Below are positions 29,948 to 40,749 of a stretch of 64,000 bases of DNA, in pieces; positions within the stretch are counted from its first letter, which is position 1, and every line of letters begins with the position of its first letter. Position numbers and translations under genes: made by a program. The notes under the pieces were generated by a model. The model did no database searches. It was not told where the DNA came from and worked only from the letters and a program-made list of their open reading frames with translations. This stretch comes from Candidatus Stammera capleta (GTDB lineage: Bacteria; Pseudomonadota; Gammaproteobacteria; Enterobacterales; Enterobacteriaceae): contig CP144790.1 of assembly GCA_036689315.1 (NCBI GenBank), positions 169,632 through 233,631 on the forward strand. The letters are read 5' to 3'.

Positions 29948-32900
29948 TTATATAAAATTTACAAATTTAAGTACAGGTAATAAAAATTTTTCTGCTTGTT
30001 TTATAACAAAAAATTCATCTATTAATATTTTAAAATCATTTATTAAACGAGAAATATATAAATCATTTAATTCTCCATAAAAATAATTATTACCATATAA
30101 AACATTATTTAATTTTTTTTTTGCTAAATTTAATAAAAAAAAATTATTTAATAATTTTTTATTTTTTAAATCATAAGCATTAGATATCCAAATATTACTT
30201 GATCTAGGAAAAAATAATAAAGGACTTGAAAAACTTTTAAAAAAAATATTTACATATTTATATAAAATATTTTTAGCTATTTTTTTTTTTATAGGATTAA
30301 AAAACCAAATACCATTATAACCATATAAATAACTTTTTTTACATCCACCTAAAGAACAATAAATTAAATGACATATTAATAAAATTAAACCATCAATAAA
30401 ATTAATAATTTTAGGATACCACTTTATTACTCCAAAATTTTTTCCAATAATAAATGATCCATATATTTTAAATTTTCTTATTTTTAAAAAAAAATTAGAA
30501 TTAAAAGAACTAAAAATATTAGATTTAATATTATTTAATAATAAAAATATATTTTTTTTTTCTTTTTCTCAAAATACTTTACCAAAAGAATTAACTGGTA
30601 ATAAATTAAAAGATTGTAAACAATATATAATTTCTTCATTAAGAATATATCTGTTATTTAAAAAATAATTTATAATTTTTAATCTAATTGAATAAAAATC
30701 TTTTATATTAGGTATAAATAATTCTTTTTTTAATATAAATTGTTTATTTATATCATAATTAATTTTTAATACATTAAAAAAAAAAAATTTTATAGGATTA
30801 TACCAAAATAAACAAATTTTTTCTAAACTAAATTCTTTTATTTCTTTTTTTAAATTATAAAAATTTTTATTTATATTTTTATTTTTTATAATAATATTAT
30901 TATTATTATTAAATAAATATTCAAAATATATCTTTTTATTTTTTTTTTTTAAAAAAATAATATCATAATAATTTTTATAAAAATAAAAAATATAATCTTT
31001 TAATATATTAACTAATATTGATGGATAAATTTTTTCATTATTATCTAAAGAATAACATATATAACTAATATATATTTTTTCTTTAGCTGAAATTAAATAT
31101 TCTAAAAATATATATTTGTCATTTTCATTTTTATTTTTATCTCCAAATCTAAAATTTTCACACATTAAATCTAAATTATTATAATAATTTTTTCTAGGAA
31201 TAACTTTATCATTTAAACCCAAAAAACAAATAACTTTAAAATTTATTCCTCTCATAGAAAAAAAAGAACAAAAATTAATATGTCCTATAGAATAATTATT
31301 TTTTTCTTTTTTATTTTTAAAAAAATTATAAATAATATTAATTAATAAATTAACAGAAAATTTTTTATTAAAATTTCCAATTTTAAAAAATTTTAATAAA
31401 TTATTCCAATTTTTCCTAGAAAAAAAAATACATTTATTTATATCATTTTTATTAAAAAAATCATTTAATAAATTTTTACATATTTCAATCCATTCAAAAA
31501 AATAATATTTTTTTTTTAAAATTTTTATCCAAAAAATTAATTTAAAAAAAAAATATGATAATTTACCAATTATTTCATTTAAAAAAGAACTTCCTATATT
31601 TGAATAAGGAACAATTTTATTTCAAATACAAAAATCTTCATTAATAGCATAACCTAATAAAATACGTTTAATTCCATTAAACCAAGTATAATGATCATAA
31701 TTATTTATATTATTTTTATTAAATAAATTTTTTAAACCAAAACATATACCTACATTACTAATTATATTATTAATTACTTCAATTTCATTATTATTTATTT
31801 CAAATTTATCCTGAATATATTTTTTTTCTAAAATATATATTATTTCATCAGAGTTAAAATCTAAATTAGGTAAATTTAATAATTTTAAATATAAATTAAA
31901 CATATCTTTATAATAATCTATATTTTTATCAATAAAAAAAAATGGTATATTTTTTTTATATAAACTAGGAAAAATAGCATTTATATAATAAAAATATATT
32001 TTAGGTTTACTTACTAAAACAATAATATCATCAAAATCATATTTATTATTTTTTAATAAACTTAATATATATATTTTTAATAATTTAACTTCTTCTAAAT
32101 AACTATAACAATAATTTATAGTTATTGAATTATCAATATTAATATATTTATTTTTTTTATTTTTAATTAAATTATTACATAATAATACATTATTTTTTAT
32201 TTTATCTAATAAAGTTATATTTTTATATTTATAAAAAGAATTTATTTCACAAAAATTTATATCAAGTAATAAAGAAAAATATTCATAAAAACTTTTTCCA
32301 TAATTAAAAATAAGAAAATTTATATCTTTATATAAAAAATTTAAACTATTATTTTTTTTATTAAAAAAAAAACTTTTTTCATACCAATATTCTAAAGAAA
32401 CATTAAAAATAAAAAAATGAACATCAATATATTTTGATAAAAAATTAAATATATTTATATATATAGGAGGTAAAAATAAAACATTAAATATAAAAATTCT
32501 TTTTGGTAATTTATTTAAATCAAATTGTTTTTTTTTTAATAAAATTAAAAATTTATAATAAATATTAGACATATTTCATATAGATTTATATTTTAATAAA
32601 AAATAATTTAATATTTCTCTCCAAAGAATAGATTGCCAAATTTGTTTTGTTTTAGGTAAATTTTTTACTAATTTAAAATTTTGCCATTTATATAACCAAT
32701 CTACACGATAAATTAAATATTTTTCATATAATTCTGATATTTTTAATGAAAAAAAAAATAATTTTTCATTATTATTATCATTTTTTAAATAATCTTTTAC
32801 TAATTTAAATTCTTTAAGTTCAATCAAAGAAGGTAATAAACTCATTATTACACTAACTAAATTATATTTATAAAAATAGTTTTCTAAAGGAATTTCAGGT

Positions 32901-33130
32901 ATAAATATTCTAAAAATATTTCATATAAACTTAGAAGGAATAATAAAATTATAATTAGCATATATACCAAAATATTCAGCAAAAAATAATTTTAAAATAA
33001 AAGATAAATTATTATTTTGAATAATAATATTTTCTTTTAATTCTATTTTATTAAATTCATTATTTTTTAAAATATTTACTAATATATTTTTTAATACATC
33101 CAAATCATTAGATTGATATAATATAAACAT
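29948..33130 (-). CDS. recC: Exodeoxyribonuclease V gamma subunit RecC
   Basis: All track pieces (32921-33130, 32576-32845, 31622-32572, 30569-31255) and the untracked 29948-30568 segment are in one frame joined by TGA codons. The N-terminus MFILYQSNDLDVLKNIL matches E. coli MLRVYHSNRLDVLEAL. The C-terminus FLLPVLKFVNFI matches E. coli FLLPLFRFNQS. Confidence 0.88.
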
Positions 33131-33161
33131 AAATTTTTATATAAAAAATTATAAATAAATT

Positions 33162-33563
33162 TTAATAAAAAAATCTTATTCTTTTTTTTAAAGGCCAAAA
33201 TATATATACACCTTGTGGTGTTATCATATCAAAAAAAATATGACTTATATATCCTAAAAAAAAACCTTCTATTATATTTAAATTAATTTTAATTTTAAAA
33301 AAAATATATATTATAAATAATAAAAAAAATAAACTATGTGTTATTTTTCTATGACCTAAATAATTATAAATAAAAAAAGAAATAAACTTTATTTTATTAC
33401 CTAAAAAAGAATTAGGATGATCTATATCAGGAATTAAACAAGAAAATAAACCTACTATAATAATATATATTATATTAGTATTAATAAATAATTTACTTAA
33501 TATATTTTTTAATATAAAAATAAAAAAAAAAACAAAAACATAAATGTTCTCTGAAACACACAA
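33162..33563 (-). CDS. ydjM: Inner-membrane metal-dependent hydrolase family protein YdjM (DUF457)
   Basis: 133 aa. LIPDIDHPNSFLGNKIKFIS, GHRKITHSL and LGYISHIFFDMITPQGVYIFWPLKKRIRF match E. coli YdjM LLPDIDHPKSFLGQRLKWIS, GHRGFTHSL and LGYLSHILADMLTPAGVPLLWPCRWRFR. Confidence 0.75.
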   Translation of the reverse strand: MCVSENIYVFVFFFIFILKNILSKLFINTNIIYIIIVGLFSCLIPDIDHPNSFLGNKIKFISFFIYNYLGHRKITHSLFFLLFIIYIFFKIKINLNIIEGFFLGYISHIFFDMITPQGVYIFWPLKKRIRFFY

Positions 33564-33621
33564 TAAATCCTTAAAAATAAATATATATAATTATATTATA
33601 TAAAATTTTTATTAAAAAAAA

Positions 33622-35410
33622 ATGATAAAAATAAAATATTTAAATAAATTAATTTCATTAAAAAAAGAAATATTATTAATAGATTTAATAAAAAAAATAG
33701 ATAAAAATTTATTAAAAATATGTATAGGTGGATATATCGATAAAAAAATTAAAACTATTTTTTATATTATAAAAAAAAATATTTCATTAAAATTAATAAC
33801 AATAAATGACAAAATAGGAATATTTATAATAAAAAATTTTTATTTATTTATTATAATTAATAGTATAAAAAAAATATTTAATAATGTAAATATAATAAAA
33901 ATAAAAAAAAAAAATAAATATTTTTTTATTTATATAAAAATAAAAAAAAATAATATATTAAAAAATAAAAATATTTTAGAAAAAAAAATAATAAATATTA
34001 TTAAAGAAAAAAAATTAATAATAAATTTAATAAAAAAAAATATAGATAAATATAAAAAAATTAAAAATTTATCTATTAAAAATAAAAAAAAATATTATAT
34101 ATATATAATATATAATTATATTTATAATATTTTAATAAAAAAAAAATTTTTGATTTTATTAAAAATAAAAAAAATTTATAATATTAAAAAATTAAATATA
34201 AATAAAATACATTTTTATTTATATAAATATATAAATAAAAATATAGATCATAGACTAATAAATAAACAAATAGATTTATATCATATAAATAAAAAATCTC
34301 CGGGTATGATTTTTTGGCATGAAAAAGGAACAATTTTAATAAATATTATTAAAAATATATTAAGAAAAAAATTAAATGAATATAATTATTTAGAAGTAAA
34401 AAGTGCTTCATTAATAAATAAAGAAATATGAAAAAAAAGTGGACATTGGGAAAATTATTATAAAAAAATTTTTTATACAAAAAAATTTTGTATAAAACCA
34501 ATGAATTGTCCAGGACATATAGAAATATATAATCAAAAAATTAGATCATATAAATCATTACCAATAAGATTTGCTGAATTTGGTTTATGTCATCGTAATG
34601 AAAGTTCAGGATCTTTATATGGATTAATGAGAACAAGATCATTTATACAAGATGATGCACACATTTTTTGTACAAAAAAACAAATAAAATCAGAAATATA
34701 TAAATGTATAGATATTATTTATGATATATATAAAATATTTAATTTTAAAAAAATAGATGTATTTTTATCAACAAGACCTAAAAAATATATAGGAAATAAA
34801 AAAAATTGAAAAAATGCAGAAAAAAAACTCAAAGAAATATTAAAAAAAAAAAAAAATTATATTTAAATTAAAAGAAGGAGAAGGTGCTTTTTATGGACCT
34901 AAAATAGAATTTATTCTTAATGATTCTTATAAAAGAAAATGGCAATGTGGTACTATTCAATTAGATTTTTATTTATCAAAAAAATTAAAAGCATTTTATA
35001 TAAATAAAAAAAATAAAAGAATAAATCCTATAATAATACATAGAGCAATATTAGGATCAATTGAAAGATTTATTGGAATAATAATAGAAGAAACTAAAGG
35101 TTGGTTACCTTTATGGATATCTCCAATACAAGTAGTTGTATTAAATATTTCTGAAAAAAATAAAAAATATTCAATTTATATATTTAAAAAATTAAAAAAA
35201 AATAAAATCAGAGTTTTATGTGATTTAAAAAATAAAAAGATAAATTTTAAAATTAGAGAGTATACTTTACAAAAAATTCCTTACATGATAGTATGCGGCG
35301 ATGAAGAAGAATTTTCAAATAAAATTAATATTAGAAAATCTTTTGATAAAACTTTAATAAAAATGAATATTTATGATTTTATAAAAAAAATAAAGGAAGA
35401 AAAAAATTAA
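33622..35410 (+). CDS. thrS: Threonine--tRNA ligase, frame broken in an A15 tract
   Basis: ORFs 33622-34431 and 34501-34809 are one frame joined through TGA ([13 protein letters not shown] versus E. coli RELWEKTGHWDNY; [11 protein letters not shown]). After A15 34842-34856 the conserved C-terminal third ([46 protein letters not shown]) continues in the +1 frame to TAA 35408-35410. Confidence 0.88.
34842..34856 (+). repeat. A15 homopolymer at the thrS frame break (needs -1 or +2 nt)
   Basis: The upstream frame stops at TAA 34864-34866. The downstream frame (codon GAA at 34874) is offset by +1. Confidence 0.9.
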
Positions 35411-35951
35411 AAACAAAAATAAACGAAATTTTTTTATTAAAAGGAATAAAATAAATAACGAAATAAAATCCCCCAAAGTAATATTAATAGGAAAAAATGG
35501 AGAAAAATTAGGTATTTTTGAAATAAAAAAAGCATTAATTTTAGCAAAAAAAGAAAATTTAGATTTGATAGAAATAAATTCTAAAATAAATCCACCTATA
35601 TGTAAAATATTTAATTTCAGTAAATATTTATATGAAAAAAATAAAAAAGAAAAAAAAAAAAACAAAAAATCTAAATTAAAAAATATAAAAGAAATAAAAA
35701 TAAGACCTAATACAAATGAAAATGATTATCAAATAAAAAAAAAAAAAATAATAAAATTTTTAAATATTGGAAATAAAGTTAAAATAACTTTAAAATTTAG
35801 AGGAAGAGAAATAATACATAAAAATATAGCAATAAATATGTTAAATAGAATAAAAGATGATTTAAAATTAATATCTATTGTTGAATTTTTTTCAAAAAGA
35901 ATTGAAAATCGCCAAATTATTATGATATTAATAGGTAAAAAAATTAAATAA
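35406..35951 (+). CDS. infC: Translation initiation factor IF-3, probable AUU start
   Basis: The frame is open from 35394 with no ATG or GTG before the conserved N-domain (KINNEIKSPKVILIGKNGEKLGIFEIKKALILAKKENLDLIEI versus E. coli [43 protein letters not shown]). The track ORF starts at an internal TTG (35565). ATT at 35406 gives 181 aa (E. coli 180). Confidence 0.8.
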   Translation: MKNKNKRNFFIKRNKINNEIKSPKVILIGKNGEKLGIFEIKKALILAKKENLDLIEINSKINPPICKIFNFSKYLYEKNKKEKKKNKKSKLKNIKEIKIRPNTNENDYQIKKKKIIKFLNIGNKVKITLKFRGREIIHKNIAINMLNRIKDDLKLISIVEFFSKRIENRQIIMILIGKKIK

Positions 35952-35954
35952 AAT

Positions 35955-36152
35955 ATGCCAAAAATAAAAACAATTAAATCAATAAAAAAAAGAATAAAAA
36001 AAAAAAAATCAGGAAAAATAAAATATAAAAAAATAAATTTAAAACATATTTTAACAAAAAAAACTTCAAAAAGAAAAAGACAATTAAGAAAAAAAAAAAT
36101 AATAAAAATTAATAAAAAAAAAATATTAAAAAATAATATACCTTATTTATAA
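35955..36152 (+). CDS. rpmI: 50S ribosomal protein L35
   Basis: 65-aa highly basic ORF beginning MPKIKT. Position is conserved between infC and rplT. Confidence 0.9.
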   Translation: MPKIKTIKSIKKRIKKKKSGKIKYKKINLKHILTKKTSKRKRQLRKKKIIKINKKKILKNNIPYL

Positions 36153-36170
36153 ATATAAAAAGGAAATTTT

Positions 36171-36524
36171 ATGGTAAGAATTAAAAGAGGTGTTACTTCT
36201 CATGCAAGTCATAAAAAAATATTAAATAAATCAAAAGGATATTATGGAGCTAGATCAAGAACATATAGATCTGCATATCAAGCTGTAATAAAAGCTGGAC
36301 AATATTCATATATAGATAGAAAAAAAAAAAAAAGAAATTTTAGAAAATTATGGATAATTCAAATTAATGCAAAAGTAAGAGAATATGGATTTTCATATAG
36401 TTATTTTATTAATAAAATAAAAAAACTTTCATTAAATATAAATAGAAAAATTTTATCAGATATAATAAACAATAATCCTGATTATTTTAATAAAATTATA
36501 AACTTAATAAAAAAATTTAATTAA
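36171..36524 (+). CDS. rplT: 50S ribosomal protein L20
   Basis: 117 aa. [62 protein letters not shown] is collinear with E. coli L20. AAGGA is upstream. Confidence 0.95.
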   Translation: MVRIKRGVTSHASHKKILNKSKGYYGARSRTYRSAYQAVIKAGQYSYIDRKKKKRNFRKLWIIQINAKVREYGFSYSYFINKIKKLSLNINRKILSDIINNNPDYFNKIINLIKKFN

Positions 36525-36543
36525 TTTATTAATATTATAAAAT

Positions 36544-37522
36544 ATGTTTAAATTATTTAATGATATTAAAAATATTGATATTGAAATAAAAAAAACAAAA
36601 AATATTAAAGAAATAGAAAAACTATATATAAAATATTTTGGAAAAAAAGGAATATTTAGAAAAATAAATAATCTTTTTAAAAAAATACCTAAAGAAAAAA
36701 AACCTAAAATAGGAAAAAAAATAAATTTTTTAAAAAATAATATAAAAAATTTATTTTTAAAAAAAAAAAAAAAAATTAAAAAAAAATAATAATAAAAATA
36801 TATTTAATTATATAGATATATCTTTACCTGGAAAAAATTATTATTTATATGGAAATAATCATATTATTACAATAACAATAAATCAAATAGAAAAATTTTT
36901 TAAAAATTTAGGATTTGATATTATTTATGGATTTGAAATAGAAGATTGCTATCATAATTTTGATGCATTAAATATTGATTATGATCATCCATCAAGAACA
37001 GAAAAAGATACATTTTGGATAAATAAAAAATATTTACTTAGAACACAAACTTCATGTGTACAAATAAGATATATGAAAAAAAAAAAACCTCCTATTAAAG
37101 CAATAACTTATGGAAAAGTTTTTAGAAAAGATAATGATAAAACACATACTCCTATGTTCAATCAATTAGAATGTTTTTATGTAGATAAAAATATTAGTTT
37201 TTCAAACTTAAAATATTTAATAAATTTATTTATTAGTTTTTTTTTCAAAAAAAAAAAAAAAATAAAATTTATTCCATCTTATTTTCCTTTTACAGAACCA
37301 TCAGCTGAAGTTCTTATAAAATACAAAAATAATAAATGGCTAGAAATATTAGGTTGTGGAATGATACATCCTAAAATATTTAAAAATGTAAATATTAATT
37401 ATAATATATTTTCTGGATTTGCTTTTGGTTTAGGAATTGAAAGATTAATTATGCTTAAATATAATTTATCAGATATAAAAATTATTTATGATAATGATAT
37501 TAAATTTTTAAATCAATTTTAA
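36544..37522 (+). CDS. pheS: Phenylalanine--tRNA ligase alpha subunit, frame broken in an A17 tract
   Basis: The N-terminal coiled-coil part (YIKYFGKKG...) is in the frame of 36544. After A17 36759-36775 the catalytic core (IDISLPG, CYHNFDALNIDYDHPSR, LLRTQTS.VQIR, THTPMFNQLE, PSYFPFTEPSAEV, GCGMIHP, SGFAFGLGIERL) runs in the +1 frame to 37522. Confidence 0.88.
36759..36775 (+). repeat. A17 homopolymer at the pheS frame break (needs -1 or +2 nt)
   Basis: The upstream frame stops at TAA 36787-36789. The downstream frame, starting at 36776, is offset by +1. Confidence 0.9.
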
Positions 37523-37526
37523 AAAA

Positions 37527-39806
37527 ATGAAATTTATAGAAAATTGGTTAAAAGAATATTGTAATTTCAAATATAATATAAAAAAAATAACTAAAATATT
37601 AAATTTTAATGGTTTTGAAACAAAATTTTATTCTTTAATTAATAAAATAAAAAAAAAAAAATTATTTATATATAAAATAAAAAAATATAAAATACTAAAA
37701 AATAAAAAATACGGTTTTTTTTATATTAAAAAAAAAAAAATATATATTAAATATATTAATAATTTAAATAACAAAACAGTTTTTTTTTATAAAAAAGAAT
37801 TAAAAAATAATAAAAATTTTTATTTTTTATTAAAAAAAAAAATCAATAAAAAAAAATATATCATTATACTTTATAATAATGAAAAATCAATAAAAAAAAT
37901 TACTTCAAAAATAAAAATATCAAATATATTAGATATAATAACACCATTAAACAGAATAGATTGTAATAACATATTAGGTTTATCAAAAGAAATTTCTATT
38001 ATTACAAAAAATAAATTTTCATATCCTAAATTTATTTTAAATAAAAAAAAAAAAAAATATAAAAAAGATTTTGATATAAAAATATCATATAATATAAAAA
38101 AATATATTATAAATTATAATTTATTAATATTAAAAAATGTTATTCCATATAAATATTATTATATTAATAAAATAAAAAAAAGGTTAAAAATAATAGGTTT
38201 ATTAAATAAAAATATATTTATTAATATAATGAAATATATTACTATTGAATATGGACAAATAATAAATATTATAGATGCAGATCTTATATTAAATAAAAAA
38301 ATATTAATTTATTCTTTAAATAAAAAAATATCTTTATTTAATAATGAAAAATATTTCTCAATAAAAAATAATAATATTATTATTTATAATAACTATGATT
38401 TCATTAATAAAAAATATTTACCAAATAAAAAAACTAAAAATATTTTAATTGGTGCACCATTATTAACAGAAAATTTTATTTTTAAAATAAATAAAAATAA
38501 TAAATATATTAGTAATTTTAATGAAAAAATACAAATAAAAGCATTAAAAAAAACAGAAGAATTAATTAATAAAATTTATTTTTATAAAAAAAAAAATAAA
38601 TATATATATAATTATATAAAAATATTAAATAAAAATGAAAAAATAAAAATATTATATAAAAATATATATAATTTATTAGGTTTAAAAATAAAAAAAAATA
38701 TAATAATAAAAATATTAAATATATTAGAATTTAAAATAATTAAAAAAAATTATTTTTTTTTATACATAAAAAAACCTAAATGGAGACAAGATTTAAAAAT
38801 AGAACAAGATATAATTGAAGAAATTATAAAAATTTATGGATACAAAAATATTTTATGTAAACCTATAAAAACAAAAATATTATTAAATAAAGAAAATAAT
38901 AAAAATATAAAAATAAAAAAAATTAAAAAAGATTTTATTAATTTAGGATATAAAGAAATTATAAATTTTTCTTTTTCAAATTTAAAAACAGAAAAAATAT
39001 TTTCAAATAAAAAAAAAAATTATATAAATTTATATAATCCTATATCAAAAGAAACATCTATATTAAGAACATCTTTATTACCTGGTTTATTTAATACACT
39101 TTTATATAATATAAAAAGACAAAATAATAGTATAAAAATATTTGAAATAGGAAAATGTTTTTTTTTTGAAAAAAATAAAATAAAAGAAAAAAATATAATA
39201 TCAGCTATTATTTATGGTTATAAATATAATTTTCATTGAAGTATTAAAAAAAATATTTTATTTGATTTTTTTGATATTAAAGGAGATTTAGAGTTTATAT
39301 TAAAAAAATATAAAATAAATTATTTAGACATAGAAATATCAAAATATAATTTTTTGGATATAAATTTTAATATAAAATTAAAAATAAAAAATAAAATTAT
39401 TGGTTTTATGGGTATGTTGAATAAAAATATTTATAAAAAAATAAAAAATCCTATTTATTTATTTGAAATAAATTTAGAAAAAATTATTTTTCCTTGTTAC
39501 AAAAAAATATCTTTTATTTCAAAATACCCAATGAATATAAGAGATATAACAATATTAATAAATAAAGAAATTTTATTAAACGATATAATAAAAAAATGTT
39601 TTTCAATTGACCCTAAAAAAATAAAAGAAATAAATATTACTAAAATTTTTACAAATGAAAAAATAAAATCACAAAATAAAAAAAATATAACATTATCTTT
39701 AAAAATACAAGACAATAAAAAAACATTAAACGATATAGAAATAAATAATTTAATAAAAAAATGTAAAAAAATGTTAAAAAATTTTTTTAATGCTTTTATT
39801 AAATAA
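37527..39806 (+). CDS. pheT: Phenylalanine--tRNA ligase beta subunit
   Basis: Track ORFs 37527-39239 and 39354-39806 are in the same frame joined through TGA 39237-39239, giving 759 aa. It follows pheS by 4 nt. The N-terminus MKFIENWLKEY is typical of PheT (E. coli MKFSELWLREW). Confidence 0.85.
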
Positions 39807-39868
39807 TAAATTTTTGACAATTTTTATAAAAAAATATAATATTTAAATTATATTATTTTTTTATATAA

Positions 39869-39940
39869 TGCTGATATTCAGAATCGAACTGAAATCTTAC
39901 CTATACCAAAGGTAAATTTTATCCATTAAACTATATCAGC
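39869..39940 (-). tRNA. tRNA-Thr (anticodon GGU)
   Basis: A 72-nt cloverleaf on the minus strand. Acceptor GCTGATA/TATCAGC, anticodon stem TACCT/AGGTA, loop TTGGTAT, T-arm TTCAG-TTCGATT-CTGAA, discriminator A. CCA is not encoded. Confidence 0.88.
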
Positions 39941-39991
39941 ATAAATAATACTTTTTATTTTACTATAAATTATATATTTTTATTAAAAAAA

Positions 39992-40717
39992 ATGACTAAA
40001 AAAAAAAAATATTATACATATTATTTAAAAACAAATGATAATAAATTTATTCCTTTATATTTTATAAAACCTAAAAAAATTAATAAAATTAAAAAATTTA
40101 TAATAGTAATAGAAGAAATATTTGGAGTAAATGAAAATATAAAAAATGTTTGTAAAAGATTATCTCTATACAATTATTTTTCTATAGCACCTGAATTATT
40201 CTTTAGAATAAAGAATTTAAATTTTAACCAAAATATTAATGATTTAAGAAAAATAATAGAAAAAATATCTGATAATCAAATTATATCAGATATTAATTGT
40301 ATAGTTTCTTGGATAATAAAAAAATTTAATACAGATAAAATAGGAATAACTGGATTTTGTTGGGGAGGAAGAATAACTTGGTTATATTCATACTATATGA
40401 AAAATATAAAATCTGGTGTTGCTTGGTATGGAAGATTAATTAATATAAAAAATAATAAACATCCAATACATCCTTTAGATATTGGTGATAAAATAAAAAT
40501 ACCTATTCTTGGACTTTATGGAGAAAAAGATATAAGTATACCTAAAGAAAATGTAATAAATATGAAAAAAAAAATTAAAAAAAAAAAAAAATGTAAAATA
40601 ATACTATATAAAGAAGCAGAACATGGTTTTTATGCTGATTATAGACAATCATATAATAAAAAAATAGCAGAAAAAGCTTGGATAGAAATGATTAATTGGT
40701 TTAATAAATATATTTAA
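39992..40717 (+). CDS. Dienelactone hydrolase family protein (carboxymethylenebutenolidase-like)
   Basis: 241 aa with a nucleophile elbow GITGFCWGG, then later GEKD...P and AEHGF, typical of the DLH alpha/beta-hydrolase family. Confidence 0.75.
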   Translation: MTKKKKYYTYYLKTNDNKFIPLYFIKPKKINKIKKFIIVIEEIFGVNENIKNVCKRLSLYNYFSIAPELFFRIKNLNFNQNINDLRKIIEKISDNQIISDINCIVSWIIKKFNTDKIGITGFCWGGRITWLYSYYMKNIKSGVAWYGRLINIKNNKHPIHPLDIGDKIKIPILGLYGEKDISIPKENVINMKKKIKKKKKCKIILYKEAEHGFYADYRQSYNKKIAEKAWIEMINWFNKYI

Positions 40718-40749
40718 AAAAATTATTTAATTATACAAATAAATAAAAT

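Noticed and set aside
35354-35665. Antisense or overlapping track ORFs rich in F/I/L/K/N: 604-786(-), 1019-1348(-), 3022-3309(-), 3263-3517(-), 20155-20430(-), 24055-24243(-), 27528-27746(+), 35354-35665(-), 39497-39820(-), 42200-42430(-), 43097-43309(-), 49978-50184(-), 51111-51323(-).
   Set aside because: Each lies opposite or inside a well-supported conserved gene. None has a recognisable motif. Their composition is what the reverse complement of Lys/Asn/Ile-rich coding sequence produces. In AT-rich DNA such open frames arise by chance.
39814-39840. TTGACA-N15-TATAAT sigma70-like element downstream of pheT, pointing towards the DLH gene through the antisense of tRNA-Thr.
   Set aside because: The spacer is only 15 nt. 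TATAAT-like hexamers are ubiquitous here. Support is insufficient to call a promoter, although TTGACA itself is rare in this sequence.
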